A stretch of 64,000 bases of DNA from Eledone cirrhosa (lineage: Eukaryota), in assembly GCA_964016885.1 (NCBI GenBank), contig OZ024742.1:377022001-377086000 (forward strand). Reading direction: 5' to 3'. The notes under the pieces are model-generated. The model had not been told where the DNA came from, made no database searches, and worked only from the letters and a program-made list of their open reading frames with translations. Each line of letters opens with the position of its first letter. Position 1 is the stretch's first letter. This document shows, piece by piece, positions 57,301 to 64,000 of the stretch. Position numbers and translations under genes: made by a program.

Positions 57301-59369
57301 ACACACTTCATACTATGGTAAAGACTATAAAGTCCCAGGTCACTACTGTGGTCGACACACTTCATCCTATAGTAAAGACTATAAAGTCCCAGGTCACTAC
57401 TGTGGTCGACACACTTCATCCTATAGTAAAGACTATAAAGTCCCAGGTCACTACTGTGGTCGACACACTTCATACTATAGTAAAGACTATACAGTCCCAG
57501 GTCACTAATGTGGTCGACACACTTCATACTATAGTAAAGACTATAAAGTCCCAGGTCACTACTGTGGTCGACACACTTCATACTATAGTAAAGACTATAA
57601 AGTCCCAGGTCACTACTGTGGTCGACACAATTCATCCTATAGTAAAGACTATAAAGTCCCAGGTCACTACTGTGGTCGACACACTTCATCCTATAGTAAA
57701 GACTATAAAGTCCCAGGTCACTACTGTGGTCGACACACTTCATACTATAGTAAAGACTATAAAGTCCCAGGTCACTACTGTGGTCGACACACTCCATCCT
57801 ATAGTAAAGACTATAAAGTCCCAGGTCACTACTGTGGTTGACACACTTCATCCTATAGTAAAGACTATAAAGTCCCAGGTCACTACTGAGGTCGACACAC
57901 TTCAACCTTTAGTAAAGACTATAAAGTCCCAGGTCACTACTATGGTCGACACACTTCATCCTATAGTAAAGACTATAAAGTCCCAGGTCACTACTGTGGT
58001 CGACACACTTCATACTATAGTAAAGACTATAAAGTCCCAGGTCACTACTGGGGTCGACACACTTCATACTATAGTAAAGACTATAAAGTCCCAGGTCACT
58101 ACTGTGGTCGACACACTTCATACTATAGTAAAGAATATAAAGTCCCAGGTCACTACTGTGGTCGACACACTTCATACTATAGTAAAGACTATAAAGTCCC
58201 AGGTCACTACTGTGGTCGACACAATTCATACTATAGTAAAGACTATAAAGTCCCAGGTCACTACTGTGGTCGACACACTTCATCCTATAGTAAAGAGTTT
58301 AAAGTCCCAGGTCACTATTGTGGTCGACACACTTCATCCTATAGTAAAGACTATAAAGTCCCAGGTCACTACTGAGGTCGACACACTTCAACCTTTAGTA
58401 AAGACTATAAAGTCCCAGGTCACTACTGTGGTTTTCACACTTCATCCTATAGTAAGGACTATAAAGTCACAGGTCACTACTATGGTCGACACACTTCATC
58501 CTATAGTAAAGACTATAAAGCCCCAGGTCACTACTGTGGTCGACACACTTCATCCTATAGTAAAGGCTATAAAGTCCCAGGTCACTAATATGGTCGACAC
58601 ACTTCATACTATAGTAAAGACTATAAAGTCCCAGGTCACTACTGTGGTCGACACACTTCATCCTATATTAAAGACTATAAAGTCCCAGGTCACTACTGTG
58701 GTCGACACACTTCATACTATAGTAAAGAATATAAAGTCCCAGGTCACTACTGTGGTCGACACACTTCATACTATAGTAAAGACTATAAAGTCCCAGGTCA
58801 CTACTGTGGTCGACACAATTCATACTATAGTAAAGACTATAAAGTCCCAGGTCACTACTGTGGTCGCCACACTTCATCCTATAGTAAAGAATATAAAGTC
58901 CCAGGTCACTACTGTGGTCGACACACTTCATACTATAGTAAAGACTATAAAGTCCCAGGTCACTACTGTGGTCGACACACTTTATACTATAGTAAAGACT
59001 ATAAAGTCCCAGGTCACTACTGTGGTCGCCACACTTCATCCTATATTAAAGACTATAAAGTCCCAGGTCACTACTGTGGTCGACACACTTCATCCTATTG
59101 TAAAGACTATAAAGTCCCAGGTCACTACTGTGGTCGACACACTTCATCCTATAGTAAAGAATATAAAGTCCCAGGTCACTACTGTGGTCGACACACTTCA
59201 TACTATAGTAAAGACTATAAAGTCCCAGGTCACTACTGTGGTCGCCACACTTCATCCTATATTAAAGACTATAAAGTCCCAGGTCACTACTGTGGTCGAC
59301 ACACTTCATCCTATATTAAAGACTATAAAGTCCCAGGTCACTACTGTGGTCGACACACTTCATCCTATA

Positions 59370-62300
59370 GTAAAGACTATAAAGTCCCAGGTCACTACTG
59401 TGGTCGACACACTTCATCCTATATTAAAGACTATAAAGTCCCAGGTCACTACTGTGGTCGACACACTTCATCCTATATTAAAGACTATAAAGTCCCAGGT
59501 CACTACTGTGGTCGACACACTTCATCCTATATTAAAGACTATAAAGTCCCAGGTCACTACTGTGGTCGACACACTTCATACTATAGTAAAGACTATAAAG
59601 TCCCAGGTCACTACTGTGGTGGACACACTTCAACCTATAGTAAAGACTATAAAGTCCCAGGTCACTACTGTGGTCGACACACTTCATACTATAGTAAAGA
59701 CTGTAAAGTCCCAGGTCACTACTGTGGTCGACACACTTCATCCTATAGTAAAGACTATAAATTCCCAGGTCACTACTGTGGTCGACACACTTCATACTAC
59801 AGTAAAGACTATAAAGTCCCAGGTCACTACTGTGGTCGACACACTTCATCCTATAGTAACGTCTATAAAGTCCCAGGTCACTACTGTGGTCGACACACTT
59901 CATACTATAGTAAAGACAATAAAGTCCCAGGTCACTACTGTCGTCGACATACTTCATCCTATAGTAAAGACTATAAAGTCCCAGGTCACTACTGTGGTCG
60001 ACACACTTCATACTATAGTAAAGACTATAAAGTCCCAGGTCACCATTATGTGCGAAACACTTCATCCTATAGTAAAGACTATAAAGTCCCAGGTCACTAC
60101 TGTGGTCGACACACTTCATCCTATAGTAAAGACTATAAAGTCCCAGGTCACTACTGTGGTCGACACACTTCATACTATAGTAAAGACTATAAAGTCCCAG
60201 GTCATTACAGTGGTCGACACACTTCATCCTATAGTAAAGATAATAAAGTCCCAGGTCACTACTGTGGTCGACACACTTCATACTATAGTAAAGACTATAA
60301 AGTCCCAGGTCACTACTGTGGTCGACACACTTCATACTACAGTAAAGACAATAAAGTCCCAGGTCACTACTGTGGTCGACACACTTCATCCTATAGTAAA
60401 GACTATAAAGTCCCAGGTCACTACTGTGGTCGACACACTTCATACTATAGTAAAGACTATGAAGTCCCAGGTCACTACTGTGGTTTTCACACTTCATCCT
60501 ATAGTAAAGACTATAAAGCCCCAGGTCACTACTGTGGTCGACACACTTCATACTATAGGAAAGACTATAAAGTCCCAGGTCACTACAGTGGTCGACACAC
60601 TTCATCCTATAGTAAAGACTATAAAGTCCCAGGTCACTACTGTGGTCGACACACTTCATACTATAGTAAAGACTATAAAGTCCCAGGTCACTACTGTGGT
60701 CGACACACTTCATCCTATAGTAAAGACTATAAAATCCCAGGTCACTACTGTGGTCGACAGACTTCATCCTATAGTAAAGACTATAAAGTCCCAGGTCACT
60801 ACTGTGGTCGACACACTTCATCCTATAGTAAAGACTATAAAGTCCCAGGTCACTACTGTGGTCGACAGACTTCATCCTATAGTAAAGACTATAAAGTCCC
60901 AGGTCACTACTGTGGTCGACACACTTCATACTATAGTAAAAACTATAATGTCCCAGGTCACTACTGTGGTCGACACACTTCATACTATAGTAAAGACTAT
61001 AAATTCCCAGGTCACTACTGTGGTCGACACACTTCATACTATAGTAAAGACTATAAAGTCCCAGGTCACTACTGTGGTCGACACACTTCATCCTATATTA
61101 AAGACTATAAAGTCCCAGGTCACTACTGTGGTCGACACACTTCATCCTATATTAAAGACTATAAAGTCCCAGGTCACTACTGTGGTCGACACACTTCATC
61201 CTATATTAAAGACTATAAAGTCCCAGGTCACTACTGTGGTCGACACACTTCATACTATAGTAAAGACTATAAAGTCCCAGGTCACTACTGTGGTGGACAC
61301 ACTTCAACCTATAGTAAAGACTATAAAGTCCCAGGTCACTACTGTGGTCGACACACTTCATACTATAGTAAAGACTGTAAAGTCCCAGGTCACTACTGTG
61401 GTCGACACACTTCATCCTATAGTAAAGACTATAAATTCCCAGGTCACTACTGTGGTCGACACACTTCATACTACAGTAAAGACTATAAAGTCCCAGGTCA
61501 CTACTGTGGTCGACACACTTCATCCTATAGTAACGTCTATAAAGTCCCAGGTCACTACTGTGGTCGACACACTTCATACTATAGTAAAGACAATAAAGTC
61601 CCAGGTCACTACTGTCGTCGACATACTTCATCCTATAGTAAAGACTATAAAGTCCCAGGTCACTACTGTGGTCGACACACTTCATACTATAGTAAAGACT
61701 ATAAAGTCCCAGGTCACCATTATGTGCGAAACACTTCATCCTATAGTAAAGACTATAAAGTCCCAGGTCACTACTGTGGTCGACACACTTCATCCTATAG
61801 TAAAGTCTATAAAGTCCTAGGTCACTACTGTGGTCGACACACTTCATACTATAGTAAAGACTATAAAGTCCCAGGTCATTACAGTGGTCGACACACTTCA
61901 TCCTATAGTAAAGATAATAAAGTCCCAGGTCACTACTGTGGTCGACACACTTCATACTATAGTAAAGACTATAAAGTCCCAGGTCACTACTGTGGTCGAC
62001 ACACTTCATACTACAGTAAAGACAATAAAGTCCCAGGTCACTACTGTGGTCGACACACTTCATCCTATAGTAAAGACTATAAAGTCCCAGGTCACTACTG
62101 TGGTCGACACACTTCATACTATAGTAAAGACTATGAAGTCCCAGGTCACTACTGTGGTTTTCACACTTCATCCTATAGTAAAGACTATAAAGCCCCAGGT
62201 CACTACTGTGGTCGACACACTTCATACTATAGGAAAGACTATAAAGTCCCAGGTCACTACAGTGGTCGACACACTTCATCCTATAGTAAAGACTATAAAG

Positions 62301-62770
62301 TCCCAGGTCACTACTGTGGTCGACACACTTCATACTATAGTAAAGACTATAAAGTCCCAGGTCACTACTGTGGTCGACACACTTCATCCTATAGTAAAGA
62401 CTATAAAATCCCAGGTCACTACTGTGGTCGACAGACTTCATCCTATAGTAAAGACTATAAAGTCCCAGGTCACTACTGTGGTCGACACACTTCATCCTAT
62501 AGTAAAGACTATAAAGTCCCAGGTCACTACTGTGGTCGACAGACTTCATCCTATAGTAAAGACTATAAAGTCCCAGGTCACTACTGTGGTCGACACACTT
62601 CATACTATAGTAAAAACTATAATGTCCCAGGTCACTACTGTGGTCGACACACTTCATACTATAGTAAAGACTATAAATTCCCAGGTCACTACTGTGGTCG
62701 ACACACTTCATACTATAGTAAAGACTATAAAGTCCCAGGTCACTACTGTGGTCGACACACTTCATCCTAT
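59370..62770. repeat. 1674-bp (31-monomer) tandem duplication
   Basis: CACCATTATGTGCGAA at 60041/61715, TGGAC..CAA at 59620/61294 and AAATTCC at 61001/62675. Confidence 0.9.
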
Positions 62771-64000
62771 AGTAAAGACTATAAAGTCCCAGGTCACTAC
62801 TGTGGTCGACACACTTCATCCTATAGTAAAGACTATAAAGTCCCAGGTCACTACTGTGGTCGACACACTTCATACTATAGTAAAGACTATACAGTCCCAG
62901 GTCACTAATGTGGTCGACACACTTCATACTATAGTAAAGACTATAAAGTCCCAGGCCACTACTGTGGTCGACACACTTCATACTATAGTAAAGACTATAA
63001 AGTCCCAGGTCACTACTGTGGTCGACACAATTCATCCTATAGTAAAGACTATAAAGTCCCAGGTCACTACTGTGGTCGACACACTTCATCCTATAGTAAA
63101 GACTATAAAGTCCCAGGTCACTACTGTGGTCGACACACTTCATACTATAGTAAAGACTATAAAGTCCCAGGTCACTACTGTGGTCGACACACTCCATCCT
63201 ATAGTAAAGACTATAAAGTCCCAGGTCACTACTGTGGTTGACACACTTCATCCTATAGTAAAGACTATAAAGTCCCAGGTCACTACTGAGGTCGACACAC
63301 TTCAACCTTTAGTAAAGACTATAAAGTCCCAGGTCACTACTATGGTCGACACACTTCATCCTATAGTAAAGACTATAAAGTCCCAGGTCACTACTGTGGT
63401 CGACACACTTCATACTATAGTAAAGACTATAAAGTCCCAGGTCACTACTGTGGTCGACACACTTCATACTATAGTAAAGACTATAAAGTCCCAGGTCACT
63501 ACTGTGGTCGACACACTTCATACTATAGTAAAGAATATAAAGTCCCAGGTCACTACTGTGGTCGACACACTTCATACTATAGTAAAGACTATAAAGTCCC
63601 AGGTCACTACTGTGGTCGACACAATTCATACTATAGTAAAGACTATAAAGTCCCAGGTCACTACTGTGGTCGACACACTTCATCCTATAGTAAAGACTAT
63701 AAAGTCCCAGGTCACTACTGTGGTCGACACACTTCATCCTATAGTAAAGACTATAAAGTCCCAGGTCACTACTATGGTCGACACACTTCAACCTTTAGTA
63801 AAGACTATAAAGTCCCAGGTCACTACTGTGGTTTTCACACTTCATCCTATAGTAAGGACTATAAAGTCACAGGTCACTACTATGGTCGACACACTTCATC
63901 CTATAGTAAAGACTATAAAGCCCCAGGTCACTACTGTGGTCGACACACTTCATCCTATAGTAAAGGCTATAAAGTCCCAGGTCACTAATATGGTCGACAC

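Larger units (their letters stand above)
9148..64000. repeat. 54-bp tandem repeat array (satellite), ~1015 units, truncated at the right window edge
   Basis: Head-to-tail unit ACTATAAAGTCCCAGGTCACTACTGTGGTCGACACACTTCAT(C/A)CTATAGTAAAG (~23/54 GC) with one SalI site GTCGAC in most monomers. Six 1-bp register shifts (~12049, ~16966, ~18529, ~28472, ~34519, ~38908). Confidence 0.98.
9148..64000 (+). other. Interrupted repeat reading frame (IVKTIKSQVTTVVDTLH[P/T])n; possible coding-derived repeat, not called as a gene
   Basis: The longest open piece in the track is 42714..61820 (6368 aa) and the unit is perfectly amphipathic. Against a gene: 6 frameshifts, 3 TAG stops, no unique terminal domain in the window and abundant nonsynonymous variants. 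Confidence 0.15.

Noticed and set aside
8902-63791. Dozens of minus-strand ORFs (MKCVDHSSDLGLYSLYYR)n as genes
   Set aside because: These are by-products of a stop-free 54-bp unit containing ATG. Their ends are set by scattered point variants creating TGA/TAA/TAG.
9148-64000. CRISPR array
   Set aside because: Monomers are contiguous and near-identical along their whole length, with no unique spacers, leader or cas genes.
9148-64000. Minus frame SVSTTVVTWDFIVFTI(G/V)-TGA read through by UGA recoding (code 4/25 or selenocysteine)
   Set aside because: One TGA per unit is expected by chance. There are no ordinary genes here to indicate a variant code and no SECIS is visible.
9148-64000. Scarcity of stops in the amphipathic frame as proof of coding selection
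   Set aside because: Only three single-base changes per consensus unit (AAG x2, CAG) can create a stop, and one of them is observed, so the long ORFs alone are not evidence.

Overview
The whole window is tandemly repeated DNA, with no unique sequence, recognisable gene, RNA gene, mobile element or CRISPR array. Two arrays abut directly. (1) 1..~9147 is ~435 copies of a 21-bp AT-rich unit, CCAATAG(T/C)AGT(A/T)ATAGTAATA, and runs off the left edge. (2) ~9148..64000 is ~1015 copies of a 54-bp unit, ACTATAAAGTCCCAGGTCACTACTGTGGTCGACACACTTCAT(C/A)CTATAGTAAAG, and runs off the right edge. Both unit lengths are multiples of 3, which explains nearly all of the giant ORFs in the track. Shared variants show nested higher-order duplications (0.2-10.7 kb), a variant gradient along the array and single-monomer patches. 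This looks like a eukaryotic-type satellite/minisatellite block, but the organism cannot be determined from the sequence. The most unexpected signal is that the + frame of the 54-mer (IVKTIKSQVTTVVDTLH[P/T]) is a perfectly amphipathic 18-residue, 5-turn helix. That suggests a coding origin or a giant amphipathic repeat protein, but propagated frameshifts, a recurrent stop and many nonsynonymous variants argue against an intact gene today.
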